Shown in pieces: positions 20,354 to 31,409 of a DNA stretch of 64,000 nt. Position numbers and translations under genes: made by a program. The DNA is taken from positions 128,001 through 192,000 of the forward strand of contig CAVQGX010000030.1 of assembly GCA_963712115.1 (NCBI GenBank), given 5' to 3'. The stretch comes from an uncultured delta proteobacterium. Its GTDB lineage: Bacteria > Desulfobacterota > Syntrophobacteria > BM002. The notes under the pieces are model-generated. The model was not told the DNA's origin. It searched no databases and was given only the letters and a program-made list of their open reading frames with translations. How positions within the stretch are numbered: the first letter of the stretch is position 1; each line of letters starts with the position of its first letter.

Positions 20354-21394
20354 TCACTCAATCACTACAGGGGGTTCCTTTTTCTCCCGACTGTGAATCG
20401 TCCCTATGTGGAAGGCCTTTTCACCCATGCCGTGAAGCAACTCGAGGGCCCCTTCCAAATGTTTCGCAGGTAAAACCAAGACAAAACCGATGCCGTTGTT
20501 AAAGACCCGGTACATTTCGTGGTCGGAAATTTTTCCATGCTGTTGGAGGAATGAAAAAATGGAGGGCACCTCCCAGTTTCCTCCTCTGAGTCGGGCCTGG
20601 CAGGCCGATGGAAGGATTCTGGGTAAGTTGTCGTAAAAGCCTCCACCGGTGATGTGAGCCATTCCCGAGATCTTGAATTCTCGCAAAGCCACGTGAACGG
20701 TCTCTGCATAAATGCGAGTGGGGCGCAAAAGTTCCTCGGCAACGGTGCAGCCGCATGGCGGAATAACGTCGTTGGCAGAGAGGCCTAAATCCTGGAAGAT
20801 GATACGCCGGACTAAAGAATAGCCATTGCTGTGGAGACCACTAGAGGCGAGGCCGATAATTTCATCTCCCACACGGATATCTGAGCCGTCGATGATGGAG
20901 TCCTTTTCCACTGCACCGACAGCAAAACCTGCGAGATCGTATTCACCCTCACCGTAAAAATCTGGCATCTCAGCTGTTTCACCGCCGATGAGAGAACATT
21001 TTGCCTGGCGACAACCTTTGGCTATACCGGTGATGATGTCGGTTACCAAATCTAAATTCATGCGACCTATGGACAAGTAATCCAGGAAAAAAAGCGGCCT
21101 AGCCCCCTGGACAAGGATATCGTTAACACTCATTGCCACCAGGTCGATACCCACTGTGTCGTGTTTGTTTGCCAGACAAGCAACTTTGAGTTTGGTGCCA
21201 ATTCCATCAGTTGAACTCACCAGAACTGGTTGTTCGTAATTAAGGTGGCCGAGAGAATAAAGGCTGCCAAAGCCGCCCACATCGGTGATAACGCCAGCGT
21301 GAAAGGTAGATTTGACCACTGGTCTAATCCTGGCGACTAGCTCGGATGCAGCATCGAGATCCACGCCAGCTTCCTTATACAAATCTCTACTCAT
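20354..21394 (-). CDS. purM: Phosphoribosylformylglycinamidine cyclo-ligase
   Basis: TDGIGTK, FFLDY, GGETAEMP, SSGLHSNGYSL, HITGGG. Confidence 0.98.
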   Translation of the reverse strand: MSRDLYKEAGVDLDAASELVARIRPVVKSTFHAGVITDVGGFGSLYSLGHLNYEQPVLVSSTDGIGTKLKVACLANKHDTVGIDLVAMSVNDILVQGARPLFFLDYLSIGRMNLDLVTDIITGIAKGCRQAKCSLIGGETAEMPDFYGEGEYDLAGFAVGAVEKDSIIDGSDIRVGDEIIGLASSGLHSNGYSLVRRIIFQDLGLSANDVIPPCGCTVAEELLRPTRIYAETVHVALREFKISGMAHITGGGFYDNLPRILPSACQARLRGGNWEVPSIFSFLQQHGKISDHEMYRVFNNGIGFVLVLPAKHLEGALELLHGMGEKAFHIGTIHSREKKEPPVVIE

Positions 21395-21653
21395 AATTTA
21401 GCCTCCATCTGCATGCAGATACCCGACTATCGGTATTTCAATAATTGCCGTTAAGGTCCAATCCTAGACTAGGCGAAGAAGCGACTTAGGACCCTACTTC
21501 TGTTGGTGCCGTAAAGGGCGTGCTTTTTATTGCCTTAACCTCATTCTAGATAATGGGTTAGAGGGGTGTCAATTGCTTTAGTGGTAGGGAAAAACTTTTT
21601 GACAAGGGTTACGCCTTGCGGTATTTTTACCAAATCTCAAAAAACAAGGGACG

Positions 21654-22841
21654 GTGACTATGAGTGAGCCATTGATAAAGTTCAGCCGCATGCGGCGACT
21701 ACCTCCTTATGTTTTTGCCCAAGTGAACGAGCTCAAAATGAAGCTAAGGCGCGAGGGCAAAGACATCGTTGATTTGGGTATGGGCAACCCTGATTTACCG
21801 ACTCCCCAGCACATCATCGACAAATTGCTCGAGGCAGCCCAGAAACCGCACAACCATCGCTACTCAGCTTCCCGGGGTATTACCAAACTGAGAGAAGCCA
21901 TAGCTGACTGGTACGGACGCCGATATGACGTGGATATAGATCCGGATACAGAGGCAGTTGTGACCATTGGGGCCAAAGAAGGGCTTTCTCACTTGGTGCT
22001 TTCTCTAATAAGTCCAGGAGACGTTGTTTTTGCCCCTAATCCTACTTATCCAATTCATCCTTATTCGGTAATCATCGCTGGTGGAGATTTGCGAAGTATA
22101 CCAATCGAGAAAGGTCGAGACTTCTTTGAGGATTTGCAGGTGGCGACCAAACAGACCTGGCCGCAGCCGAAGATGCTGATAATCTCATATCCCCATAATC
22201 CTACTACAGAGGTTGTGGATCTAGACTTTTTCCAAAAGATCTGCGATTTCGCCAAAGAACATGAGATCATTTTGGTACACGATTTGGCCTATGCTGATCT
22301 AGTTTTTGATCAAGAAATGGCCCCCAGTTTTCTCCAGGTGAAGGGTGCCAAAGATATCGGAGTCGAATTCTTTTCCCTGTCAAAAAGTTACTCCATGCCA
22401 GGATGGCGTGTTGGCTTCTGTGTCGGCAACGCTGAAATCATTTCAGCACTAACACGAATAAAGAGTTATCTTGATTACGGGATCTTTCAGCCTATCCAGA
22501 TTGCTTCAATTATTGCGCTTAACTCGGACCAGGCTTGTGTCAAGGAGATAGTCGAGATCTACCGCTCTCGACGAGACGTTTTAGTGGATGGCTTGAATCG
22601 TGTTGGCTGGCCTACTGACAAGCCTAAAGCGACTATGTTTGTCTGGTCGAAAATTCCCAAAGAGTTCTTAGAAATGGGATCAGTGGAGTTTTCCAAGTTC
22701 TTAATTCGTGAAGCCGGGGTTGCAGTCTCTCCCGGGCGAGGCTTTGGAGAATACGGCGATGACTACGTGCGTTTCGCCTTGGTGGAGAACGAAGAACGAA
22801 CCCGCCAGGCTCTACGTGGGATTCGTCGTGTACTGCGCTGA
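21654..22841 (+). CDS. alaC: Class I/II PLP aminotransferase, AlaC-like
   Basis: [35 protein letters not shown]; next to hom. Confidence 0.85.
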   Translation: MTMSEPLIKFSRMRRLPPYVFAQVNELKMKLRREGKDIVDLGMGNPDLPTPQHIIDKLLEAAQKPHNHRYSASRGITKLREAIADWYGRRYDVDIDPDTEAVVTIGAKEGLSHLVLSLISPGDVVFAPNPTYPIHPYSVIIAGGDLRSIPIEKGRDFFEDLQVATKQTWPQPKMLIISYPHNPTTEVVDLDFFQKICDFAKEHEIILVHDLAYADLVFDQEMAPSFLQVKGAKDIGVEFFSLSKSYSMPGWRVGFCVGNAEIISALTRIKSYLDYGIFQPIQIASIIALNSDQACVKEIVEIYRSRRDVLVDGLNRVGWPTDKPKATMFVWSKIPKEFLEMGSVEFSKFLIREAGVAVSPGRGFGEYGDDYVRFALVENEERTRQALRGIRRVLR

Positions 22842-22882
22842 TATGAAGCGCGTCGAACATCTATAGGTGGGCGGTTTTTTGG

Positions 22883-22927
22883 AAGACACCAGAAAGGGAA
22901 AAAATTTCCCCTTTCTGGTGTCTTTTT
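22883..22927 (+). terminator. Intrinsic terminator
   Basis: AAGACACCAGAAAGGG/CCCTTTCTGGTGTCTT stem followed by T-run. Confidence 0.8.
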
Positions 22928-22952
22928 GATCTGCCCATAGGCGCATTAGGAA

Positions 22953-23067
22953 GCGAGACTGGCGAGACTGGCGAGACTGGCGAGACGTGTTTCACAGCTA
23001 CTGATTTAAACTATCGACCACGTCTTTTTCGCTCTCGCACGTCTCGCCCGACCTCCCGTCTCGCTGT
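22953..23067. repeat. GCGAGACTG nonamer tandem and inverted GTCTCGC units
   Basis: About four tandem copies; 27-nt block 23041-23067 identical to 17694-17720. Confidence 0.9.
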
Positions 23068-23138
23068 CCGATACACAGTCATAGTATGATTTGAAAACAG
23101 TATAGCATCCAACTATTAATCAGAGTGCAGGATAGATT

Positions 23139-24461
23139 ATGAAGGACATACAGATAGGTTTAATTGGACTTGGCACGGTGGGCTGTGGTTTGGTTAAGGT
23201 TCTAGAGGACAACAGCAAGATTCTTCAAGAACGGCTAGGTGTGCCGCTAAGACTCAAAAAGGTGGTGGATATCGACCTGGAAAGACCTAGACCGGTCTCT
23301 CTTCCAAAGGAAGTTCTTTCCACCCAGGTAGAGGACATTCTGGCGGATGAGGAAATTCAAATTGTTGTGGAGCTCATAGGAGGCATGGAGCCAGCCAAGA
23401 CCTTCATTTTGGAGTCGATGAAACGGGGCAAACACGTGGTCACCGCCAACAAAGCTCTGCTGGCTATTCATGGCAGTGAGCTGTTCGCGGTAGCCCGGGA
23501 ACAGGAGGTCAGCATCGCTTTTGAGGGAGCCGTTGGCGGTGGCATTCCTCTTATTCGCTCCTTGCGTGAAGGCTTGATAGCAAACCGGATCGGCCACATC
23601 TATGGGATTCTAAATGGTACGGCAAATTACATTCTCACCCGCATGGCTCGCGAGGGAACTACTTTCGCCGAAGCCCTCAGCGAGGCGCAGGCACAGGGCA
23701 TTGCCGAAGCCGACCCCCGTTTGGACGTTGAGGGAGTGGACGCAGCCCACAAGATAGCTGTTCTCAGCTCACTTGCCTACTGTTGTGAGATAGATTTCGA
23801 TCAAATTCACATAGAGGGTATTTCCCAGATCGATCCGTCTGATATCCAGTTTGCCGAAGACTTCGGCTATCAAATAAAGCTCTTGGCCATTTCACGCAGT
23901 GACGGGGAGAGGATCGAAGTGAGGGTGCATCCAACAATGATTCCCCAAGAGCACATGCTGGCCAAGGTTGAGGGCGCTTACAATGCTGTCCACATTTCTG
24001 GCGATGCTGTGGGTGACGTCATGTTTTACGGTCTGGGTGCCGGCATGATGCCTACAGGTAGTGCGGTGGTCAGTGACCTGCTGGACCTGGGGCGAGATCT
24101 TCTGGCTGGCAGGGGTGTGAGAATTTCGCCCTTGGCCTGTGACGGCAAAGCGGTGGTGCAACGCAAGATCAAGCCCATGGAAGAGTTGGTAATCAATTAC
24201 TATTTCAGATTCTCGGCGATGGATCGCCCAGGGGTGCTATCTAAGATTTCCGGTATACTTGGTAGTCATGACATCAGCATTGCCTCGGTGATTCAGAAGG
24301 GCAGGCAGGTAGAAGGCTCAGTGCCCTTGGTAATGATGACTCATGAAGCAAGAGAACGTGATGTTCGTCTGGCCCTAGCTGAGATAGATGAACTTAAGGT
24401 GGTTACAGCAGCCACCAAGCTAATTAGGGTAGAGAACGAAACGTCAGTTGCTAATTCCTAG
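23139..24461 (+). CDS. hom: Homoserine dehydrogenase with ACT domain
   Basis: GLGTVG, VVTANKA, GILNGTANYIL, DVEGVDAAHK, DRPGVL. Confidence 0.97.
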   Translation: MKDIQIGLIGLGTVGCGLVKVLEDNSKILQERLGVPLRLKKVVDIDLERPRPVSLPKEVLSTQVEDILADEEIQIVVELIGGMEPAKTFILESMKRGKHVVTANKALLAIHGSELFAVAREQEVSIAFEGAVGGGIPLIRSLREGLIANRIGHIYGILNGTANYILTRMAREGTTFAEALSEAQAQGIAEADPRLDVEGVDAAHKIAVLSSLAYCCEIDFDQIHIEGISQIDPSDIQFAEDFGYQIKLLAISRSDGERIEVRVHPTMIPQEHMLAKVEGAYNAVHISGDAVGDVMFYGLGAGMMPTGSAVVSDLLDLGRDLLAGRGVRISPLACDGKAVVQRKIKPMEELVINYYFRFSAMDRPGVLSKISGILGSHDISIASVIQKGRQVEGSVPLVMMTHEARERDVRLALAEIDELKVVTAATKLIRVENETSVANS

Positions 24462-24686
24462 GTGTTCACCTGGCAGCCTCAAAAGAAAAGAGGTCAGAGG
24501 TCGGAGGTCAGAGGGCAGATGGGTAATTAGAAAATTAGAGAATTAGAGAATTAGTTAAATACTCAAGTAGTTACCGTTTACCATTCACCTTTCACCATTT
24601 ACTAATGCTGATCAACTACCTGCTTGCTGCCTGCTGCAGGCTTTGCTTCAAGCCAAATCCGACAGGCGAAAAACGAGTGTTATGAA

Positions 24687-25910
24687 ATGGAAGACCGCAA
24701 ATCGAAATACCTGATTTTGGTGGGCGATGGAATGGCCGATGAGGCTCAGAAAGAGCTAGACGGCAAAACACCTCTAGATGCGGCTCAAACTCCCCACATG
24801 GACCGACTTGCCTCCAGTGGTATTCTTGGACTGACTGAGACAATTGGGCCTCACCAAGAGCCTGGAAGTGATGTGGCAAATATGGCCATTTTGGGTTACG
24901 ACCCTGATCGATTCCATACTGGACGCGCTCCTCTGGAAGCCGCCAGTATGGGAGTTAACCTGTTGCCCGGCGAAGTGGCTTTCAGGTGCAATCTGGTGAC
25001 AATTGAAATCAATCCTGACGGGGAGCTCATTTTGGCAGACTATTCAGCGGGCCATATATCCAGCGAAAATGGCAGAGTACTCATTACAGCTCTACAGAAA
25101 AGCTTGGGAAATGAATGGTTCCAGTTTTATCCAGGGGTCAGCTACCGCCACCTTCTTGTCTGGCGGGGCGGGCGATCTGATCTCACCATCACTCCTCCCC
25201 ATGACGTCATCGGTCAGCCGGTAGCCGAATACTGGCAGGTGTACCACGAAGTCCCCGATCTTAGATCCCTAATGGAATCTGCCCGTGAGGTTCTAGGGGA
25301 ACAGGAGTTGAACCGGCAGTTTGTTGCACAGGGCAAGCGACCAGCCAATGCCATCTGGCTTTGGGGACAGGGGTTAGCTCCCGTCATGCCGAGCCTAACC
25401 GAACGGTTTGGCATTCGGGGGGTGGTTATTTCAGCAGTGGACTTACTGAAAGGACTGGGGATTTGTTCTGGTCTCGAGGCATTGTCAGTTCCAGGGGCCA
25501 CCGGATATTTGGACACCAATTATAAAGGCAAGGTTGTCGCAGCTCTGGATGCTTTACAGGATAAAGATTTTGTCTATTTGCACGTAGAGGCCCCAGACGA
25601 GGCATCTCACGAAGGGAACCTGGGGCTAAAGATAGAAGCCATAGAGGCCTTTGATGCCAATGTGGTTGGACCGATACTTGAAGAATCCAGTAATTTGCCC
25701 GACCTTCGAATAATGGTTATTACTGATCATCTGACTCCCATCCGAACTCGCACTCACGCCAAGGGACTTGTTCCCTTTGCAGTTTGTGACTTTCCTGCTG
25801 GCCAGGTTACCAGCCGGAGAGGGTTTTCTGAAGGAAATGCGGCAGGAACTGGACTGGTTGTCAAGCCTGGGCACATGTTGATGGAGAGGTTTATCAAAGG
25901 CGATTTTTAG
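24687..25910 (+). CDS. apgM: Cofactor-independent phosphoglycerate mutase, ApgM type
   Basis: GDGMAD, GSDVAN, HVEAPDEASH, DH..P; ATG 24687 preferred because the upstream extension lies in repeat. Confidence 0.9.
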   Translation: MEDRKSKYLILVGDGMADEAQKELDGKTPLDAAQTPHMDRLASSGILGLTETIGPHQEPGSDVANMAILGYDPDRFHTGRAPLEAASMGVNLLPGEVAFRCNLVTIEINPDGELILADYSAGHISSENGRVLITALQKSLGNEWFQFYPGVSYRHLLVWRGGRSDLTITPPHDVIGQPVAEYWQVYHEVPDLRSLMESAREVLGEQELNRQFVAQGKRPANAIWLWGQGLAPVMPSLTERFGIRGVVISAVDLLKGLGICSGLEALSVPGATGYLDTNYKGKVVAALDALQDKDFVYLHVEAPDEASHEGNLGLKIEAIEAFDANVVGPILEESSNLPDLRIMVITDHLTPIRTRTHAKGLVPFAVCDFPAGQVTSRRGFSEGNAAGTGLVVKPGHMLMERFIKGDF

Positions 25911-26150
25911 CAAAGGGCATAGAGTAAAAAATCAGGGGTCAGGGGTCAGAGGACAGAAGAAGAGGACAACTGGCAGGAGGCAGCTAGCAGGTAGTTAATT
26001 AGAGAATTAGACAATTGGAGAATTAGTGAAGGAAGTCGGTTATTTACGGATTAACCGTTTACCGTTTACTAATAACTAATTACCTAATCAACTAATTAAC
26101 GGTTTTAAAGATTTGAACGACTTCAACGTTTTCAACGGTTTTAACGATCT
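25911..26150. repeat. Intergenic mosaic repeat
   Basis: GGGCATA, CAGGGGT, GGCAG, AATTAGAG, CCGTTTA, AACTAAT, AACGACTTC. Confidence 0.85.
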
Positions 26151-26161
26151 GTGAAAAGAGA

Positions 26162-26599
26162 ATGACTGAATCCTTTCGGGCAGAGCAAAGAGTGTTATAC
26201 GGTGATACCGATTCCATGGGGGTAGCCTATTATGCCAATTACTTGAAATGGTTCGAAATCGGTCGCACCGAGCTCTTCCGAACCGTTGGGAGCACTTATC
26301 GGTCGTGGGAAGGGCGTGGTTGTTTTCTGCCGGTATATGAAGCTTATTGCCGCTACCACAAACCAGCCCGCTATGATGATATTATCCGCATAGAGACCGC
26401 CTTTTCTCTCGGGGGCAAACTGAGACTGCGCTTTGATTATCGACTTTTCCACAAAGAGAATGGAACGCTTCTGGCAGAAGGATATACTGTGCATGTGTGC
26501 ACGGATAGAGATGGTCGAGTGATCAAGCCCCCACCAGAGTTGAGAAAACTTCTCAAGCAAATGGAAGAAATGTCAAGCGACGAGCATGGTAAGGAGTAG
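26162..26599 (+). CDS. YbgC/FadM-family acyl-CoA thioesterase
   Basis: YGDTDSMGVAYYANYLKWFEIGRTE, PARYDD. Confidence 0.9.
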   Translation: MTESFRAEQRVLYGDTDSMGVAYYANYLKWFEIGRTELFRTVGSTYRSWEGRGCFLPVYEAYCRYHKPARYDDIIRIETAFSLGGKLRLRFDYRLFHKENGTLLAEGYTVHVCTDRDGRVIKPPPELRKLLKQMEEMSSDEHGKE

Positions 26600-26751
26600 G
26601 TAGCTCTTCCTAGGGAGAATGGAACAGCGGGACGTTCTCCACATGCGTGACGAGTATTGGTGCGAAAGGCGAGAAAAGTGTCAGGCGAGAAAGGGAAAAG
26701 ACACACGGCGCGGGGCGTAACCCTTTGCTACGAGCGGAGTAAATCGGAGAA

Positions 26752-27489
26752 ATGTTGATAATTCCTGCCATCGACTTGAAAGAAGGGCGATGTGTGCGCT
26801 TGCAGCGAGGAGTAATGTCTACGGCCACGATCTATTCCGACAATCCGGCTTTGACAGCAAGACGGTGGGAAGCGCAAGGAGCCCAATGGCTGCACGTGGT
26901 GGACTTAGATGGTGCCTTTGCCAAGAAACCCAAGAACCTGGCGGCCGTTGCTGCAATTGTCGACTCCGTTGGTATACCAGTTCAGGTGGGCGGGGGTGTG
27001 CGCACGCTAGAGACTCTTGCTGCTTATCTTGAGATAGGAGTGGAGCGTGTGGTAATGGGGACAGCTGCCCACAGTAATCCGGAAATATTGGTGCAGGCTT
27101 GTCAAAGTTTTCCAGGGAAAGTTGTTTTGGGGATAGACAGCCGCAAGGGTAGAGTTGCAATTGAGGGATGGAGCCAGACCACTGATGTAGGGTCAGGGGA
27201 CTTGGCAGTCAGGTTTGAAAACCTGGCTCTTGCAGCTATTGTCTACACTGACATCTCCAGAGACGGCATGCAGACTGGTCCAAATGTAGAAGCGACCCGA
27301 CAGCTGGCTCGAGCGGTGAAAAGGCCTGTTATTGCATCAGGGGGAGTGGGGAATCTTGACCATATCCGAGCACTCTTGCCCCTTGAACAAGACGGGGTAA
27401 TAGGAGTGATTGTTGGTCGTGCACTCTATAGTGGAAGTGTGGAGTTGAGTGAAGCCATTGCTCTGGCGAGGGGAATTCCTGGGGCATAG
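26752..27489 (+). CDS. hisA: ProFAR isomerase
   Basis: IPAIDLKEGRCVRL, HVVDLDGA, QVGGGVR, YTDISRDG, IASGG. Confidence 0.97.
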   Translation: MLIIPAIDLKEGRCVRLQRGVMSTATIYSDNPALTARRWEAQGAQWLHVVDLDGAFAKKPKNLAAVAAIVDSVGIPVQVGGGVRTLETLAAYLEIGVERVVMGTAAHSNPEILVQACQSFPGKVVLGIDSRKGRVAIEGWSQTTDVGSGDLAVRFENLALAAIVYTDISRDGMQTGPNVEATRQLARAVKRPVIASGGVGNLDHIRALLPLEQDGVIGVIVGRALYSGSVELSEAIALARGIPGA

Positions 27490-27685
27490 GGCATAGGGTA
27501 AAGAGTTAGAGGTCAGAGAACAGAGGTCAGATATCAGAGGACAGAAGGCAGGAGGCAGAATTTCGAATTGCGGATTTCGAAATGAGAAATTACCGCATTG
27601 TGATTTCAGCGAATTTAAGGATTTGAACGACTTGAACGTTTTCAACGGTTTCAACGATTTGACTAATCGACTGATTTTCGATTTG
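27480..27685. repeat. Intergenic mosaic repeat starting inside the hisA stop region
   Basis: GGGCATA x2, CAGAGGT, TTTCGAA/TTGCGGA, AACGATTT, TTGACTA. Confidence 0.85.
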
Positions 27686-27703
27686 AACAAAGCTTGCTTT
27701 TGG

Positions 27704-27731
27704 TTGACAAATTCTGAAGAAAAGCTATAAT
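27704..27731 (+). promoter_or_regulatory. Sigma70 promoter upstream of the yqeY-mutS2-dnaG-rpoD cluster
   Basis: TTGACA-N16-TATAAT. Confidence 0.75.
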
Positions 27732-27754
27732 TACAAGTTTAAGTGCACAATTGC

Positions 27755-27915
27755 ACAACCAGAAGAACCAATTGGGCGGCACGAAGGGGAAATGGCTTGC
27801 CGGCATCCTAATTAAGCTCCGCAAACAAGCACATTACTAGAACCGAAAAAGGAAAGAGCTGGCGGCAACCATAGGGGAGCTGAAAGGGATGGACAAAAGA
27901 GGAAGAGGCCAATGA
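27755..27915 (+). pseudogene. rpsU: Decayed ribosomal protein S21 gene
   Basis: From 27799: AGILIKLRKQAHY*NRKRKELAATIGELKGM versus S21 pattern AGIL.E.RKR.HYEKPS..RK.K.LAA; the frame ends in TGA overlapping the yqeY ATG; canonical position. Confidence 0.7.
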
Positions 27916-28358
27916 ATCTCCAGGCTGAAATTTCTGCAGCACTGAAGGATGCCATGCGGGCAAAGGATGAGGCCAAACTGGCCAGCCTGAGGTTGGTGCT
28001 CACTGCCATTAAGAATAGGGAGAAAGAAGTCCGCCGGTCCCTTGAGAATCCAGAAATTATTTCGCTCATCTCTACCCAGATTAAACAGAGAAAGGAATCC
28101 ATAGATTATTATCGTAAGGCCGGCAGGGACGATTTGGTAAAGGCAGAAGAAAGCGAACTTCAGATACTACAGGCCTACATGCCGGAGGAGCTTTCCGCGG
28201 AAGAGATGTCTCAGGCACTTGATGAGGTTATTTCTGAGGTTGGTGCCGTCAGCATAAAGGACATGGGCAAAGTAATGAAGGCAGCCATGGCCAAGCTGGC
28301 GGGCAGGGCGGATGGCCGTGTGATTAATGAAATGGTTAAGGCAAAACTTTCTGGCTAG
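27912..28358 (+). CDS. GatB/YqeY domain protein
   Basis: LKDAMRAKD, KQRKESI, AGRDDL, DMGKVM, GRADG. Confidence 0.93.
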   Translation: MNLQAEISAALKDAMRAKDEAKLASLRLVLTAIKNREKEVRRSLENPEIISLISTQIKQRKESIDYYRKAGRDDLVKAEESELQILQAYMPEELSAEEMSQALDEVISEVGAVSIKDMGKVMKAAMAKLAGRADGRVINEMVKAKLSG

Positions 28359-28711
28359 CTCCGAACTGTTTGGACTAAAATCGGAGTGTAACAGCTTTTT
28401 GGGGCACATTTTAACAACTTGCATCTCACATTCAACTACATCTCCTTCTCATCTAGTGGCACGACCTGTCCAGGAGGCAGGCTTGCAAATACTCTTCGAT
28501 TTATCAGCGAGCAGTAATTCTCACTATGCTTTTTCATTAGAAGCCGAGAAAACTGGTCCTTTGCGCAAGATCAGAGGTCCATGGCTTTGCCCTTAAAAAT
28601 GTCCAGGGGATTTGAAGTATGGGGTGAGCTCAAAGACAGGCCCTGAGGGCCTGGATGGTTTACCCTAGTTGAGAGCATCAAGCCGTTGCTTTCTTCCCAC
28701 CATGGAGTGAT

Positions 28712-31159
28712 ATGGACAGCCAATCTCTTCGTGTCCTTGAGTTTCAACATATCCAAAGCTTTCTACAGTCACTTGCCCTCACTGGACCTGGACGGCAAGC
28801 AGTGGCGCATGTCCGTCCCATAACGGACAAAGAGCAAATCCAGGTCTTGCTCGACCAAGTAACAGAACTCAAGGAATATCTGCAAATCGGTAATTCGCTG
28901 CCCCTCGGAGGCATTCATGAACTTGTTAGTACCATTGAGCAAGTGAGTGGTTCCGGGCAATCGTTGCAGCCTGCTGAGCTCCTTGACGTGGCTGAGACCT
29001 TGAGAGCGACTAGTACACTGCAGCAGTTGGTGAGCCGCTGCGAGGCACAGTATGGCAGACTGGCAGATCTCCTGGGGAATCTGGAGCCGATACCGGAGTT
29101 GGAAAGGAAGATCAGTCGAGCTATTGATCATCGAGGTCAAATAAAAGACGGAGCTAGTCAAGAACTTGGGCGAATCAGAAAAGAGATTGGCGATGTGCGC
29201 AAGCGTCTCCATGAAGAGCTCGAAGAAGTTTTGGAAAAGCAGGCTTCCCAGAAGACGCTACAGGAGAAGCTAATTAGCGTTCGCAACGACCGGCTGGTAA
29301 TTCCTCTCCGCAGTGGTGCCAAAGGGGCGCTAGAGGGTATTGTGCACGCTACTTCCCACAGTGGTGCCACCTGCTTTGTAGAACCGCTCTCTGCTGTACC
29401 TCTCAACAACCGACTCAGTCAAGCCCGGAGTCGCGAACGGGAAGAGGAAGCACGAATCCTCCGGGAATTGACCGACGCTGTGTTGGCAGCTGCAGAAGTT
29501 ATCCGACACAACGAGAGCTGGTTGGGATTCATAGACTGTGTACATGCCAAGGTCCGCTTGAGCACTCTTCTCATTGCTCGTGCCCCCCAGATTGACGACG
29601 GTGGCAGGATACGACTACTTCAGGCTTCCCATCCCATTTTAGCTTTGCAGGAAGGGGCCCAGAAGACCTCTTCATTACCCTCTGCGCTGACTGAAGTAGT
29701 CTTGGGGGCTGAAGTATCTGAAAGGAGCAAATCCGAGCAGACAGAGGTTGTGCCAATAGACCTCTACCTCGATGAAGATCAAAAGACCATGATAATCAGC
29801 GGTGCGAACACTGGAGGTAAGACTGTATCTTTGAAAACCCTTGGTCTTTTAGGTGCTATGGTGCAGGCCGGGCTACACATTCCAGTGGCTGAGGGTAGCG
29901 AATGGCCGGTGCTGACGAATATATTTGCCGAAATTGGTGACGAACAAGACGTGCGGGCCCATCTGAGTACGTTTTCAGCCAGAATCCAGAGATTGGTGAC
30001 AATGTTGAAAAAGGTTGACCGTCGCTCTCTTGTGCTGCTCGATGAAATCGGAACTGGCACTGATCCAGCGGAAGGTGCTGGCCTTGCGTTGGCCCTGCTG
30101 GATCAACTCAGGAAACAGGGGCCCTTTGTTATGGTTACAACCCACTACCACCTTATTAAGGCATACGGCATGCTCCATGAAGAGGTGGAAAACGTTTCAG
30201 TGGCCTTTGATGAAAAGAGTGGGCGTCCCACCTATCAGTTGATTTATGGTCATCCTGGAACCAGTAATGCCCTACAGATAGCCGCCGACCTCGGCATGCC
30301 CTCGAACATTTTGGAGACAGCCCGAGGCTATGTCGATAAAGACGAGAGTAGAGCAATTGATTTGATTCGAGAACTGACTGATACTTTGAGGAGGACCAAG
30401 ACCGAAGAAGAGCACTTGAGATCACAGCGACGGAAGTTGGAACTTGCGCAGGATGAATTGGTGCAACAGCGAAGCCGGCTTGTCGAGTCTCGTGAGAGGA
30501 TTTTAAGCGAACTGCGGGAGCAAGGTGGGGAGTTAATCGAAGGGGCCGAAAAAGAGCTGAAATCAGCCATTGCCCTTTTACAGAAAGCCGGCATGCGAGA
30601 GGCGATGGGGGTTCGTAAGAGGGTTAGGGAGGTCAAAAAAGAGCTGCGGTCCGCACTGAAATCACAAGCACAGCCAGAGTATAGGGGGGTGAAACCTTCT
30701 GCGGAAGGGCAGTTGGTTCGTCTGCGCGGTCTTGGCTCCAGTGGAACCCTTGTTAAAATAAAAGACCAAGGACGTCGCGCAGAAGTGCAAGTGGGCCCGA
30801 AGCGGGTGGAAGTGGACATGGAGGTCCTTGAACTCTTGACAACTGAGCAGGGTGAAGACAGCAGAACAACAAGGATGAACGGGATTAGAATATTTCGTGA
30901 GGAACCTGAGACCTGTCAGCAGCGATTGCACTTGGTGGGGCTCAGGGTGGAAGAGGCACTTCCTCTACTGGATAAAGCGATTGATCGGGCGCTTATGGAT
31001 GGTTGCAGCCAAATTCACGTAGTTCATGGACACGGCACCGGAAAGCTGCGCAAGGCGGTGCAAGACTTCCTCAGTGACCATTCCGTGGTCAAAGGGTTTC
31101 ATCCTGAAAACCAGAGCGCTGGAGGCACCGGGGTTACAGTGGTTGAGCTCAAGGACTGA
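28712..31159 (+). CDS. mutS2: Endonuclease MutS2 with Smr domain
   Basis: GANTGGKT, LSTFSA, LLDEIGTGTDP, TTHY, HGHGTGKLR. Confidence 0.95.
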   Translation: MDSQSLRVLEFQHIQSFLQSLALTGPGRQAVAHVRPITDKEQIQVLLDQVTELKEYLQIGNSLPLGGIHELVSTIEQVSGSGQSLQPAELLDVAETLRATSTLQQLVSRCEAQYGRLADLLGNLEPIPELERKISRAIDHRGQIKDGASQELGRIRKEIGDVRKRLHEELEEVLEKQASQKTLQEKLISVRNDRLVIPLRSGAKGALEGIVHATSHSGATCFVEPLSAVPLNNRLSQARSREREEEARILRELTDAVLAAAEVIRHNESWLGFIDCVHAKVRLSTLLIARAPQIDDGGRIRLLQASHPILALQEGAQKTSSLPSALTEVVLGAEVSERSKSEQTEVVPIDLYLDEDQKTMIISGANTGGKTVSLKTLGLLGAMVQAGLHIPVAEGSEWPVLTNIFAEIGDEQDVRAHLSTFSARIQRLVTMLKKVDRRSLVLLDEIGTGTDPAEGAGLALALLDQLRKQGPFVMVTTHYHLIKAYGMLHEEVENVSVAFDEKSGRPTYQLIYGHPGTSNALQIAADLGMPSNILETARGYVDKDESRAIDLIRELTDTLRRTKTEEEHLRSQRRKLELAQDELVQQRSRLVESRERILSELREQGGELIEGAEKELKSAIALLQKAGMREAMGVRKRVREVKKELRSALKSQAQPEYRGVKPSAEGQLVRLRGLGSSGTLVKIKDQGRRAEVQVGPKRVEVDMEVLELLTTEQGEDSRTTRMNGIRIFREEPETCQQRLHLVGLRVEEALPLLDKAIDRALMDGCSQIHVVHGHGTGKLRKAVQDFLSDHSVVKGFHPENQSAGGTGVTVVELKD

Positions 31160-31409
31160 GCGCTTTGAGCTCAGTCCACACACTAAGCACTTATAAAAGT
31201 ATAAGATAACCATTTGATAAAATTATTTAAAATAGTTTTGATTTGAAAAACTAGTTTAAGTTTGTTGATGCAAATTAAATGGCTTGATTTTGGCGGATGG
31301 AACCAACATCTCTAAGCTTTTGACTAATTTTTTAAGCAGTGCTTGTTGCCGAGTTATTAGTGCCTACTGCCTAGTGTTTAGTGCCTAGTGGACAAAGTGG
31401 GGACCAAAA

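Noticed and set aside
24624-24686. N-terminal extensions given by the ORF track (apgM, uvrC 44619, pepN 8110, relA 17723, 57993)
   Set aside because: The extensions start in or run through repeat modules; downstream starts fit family N-termini better
28359-28711. Possible cvpA remnant in the 350-nt gap between yqeY and mutS2
   Set aside because: The position fits, but I could not see convincing residual similarity; needs tblastn
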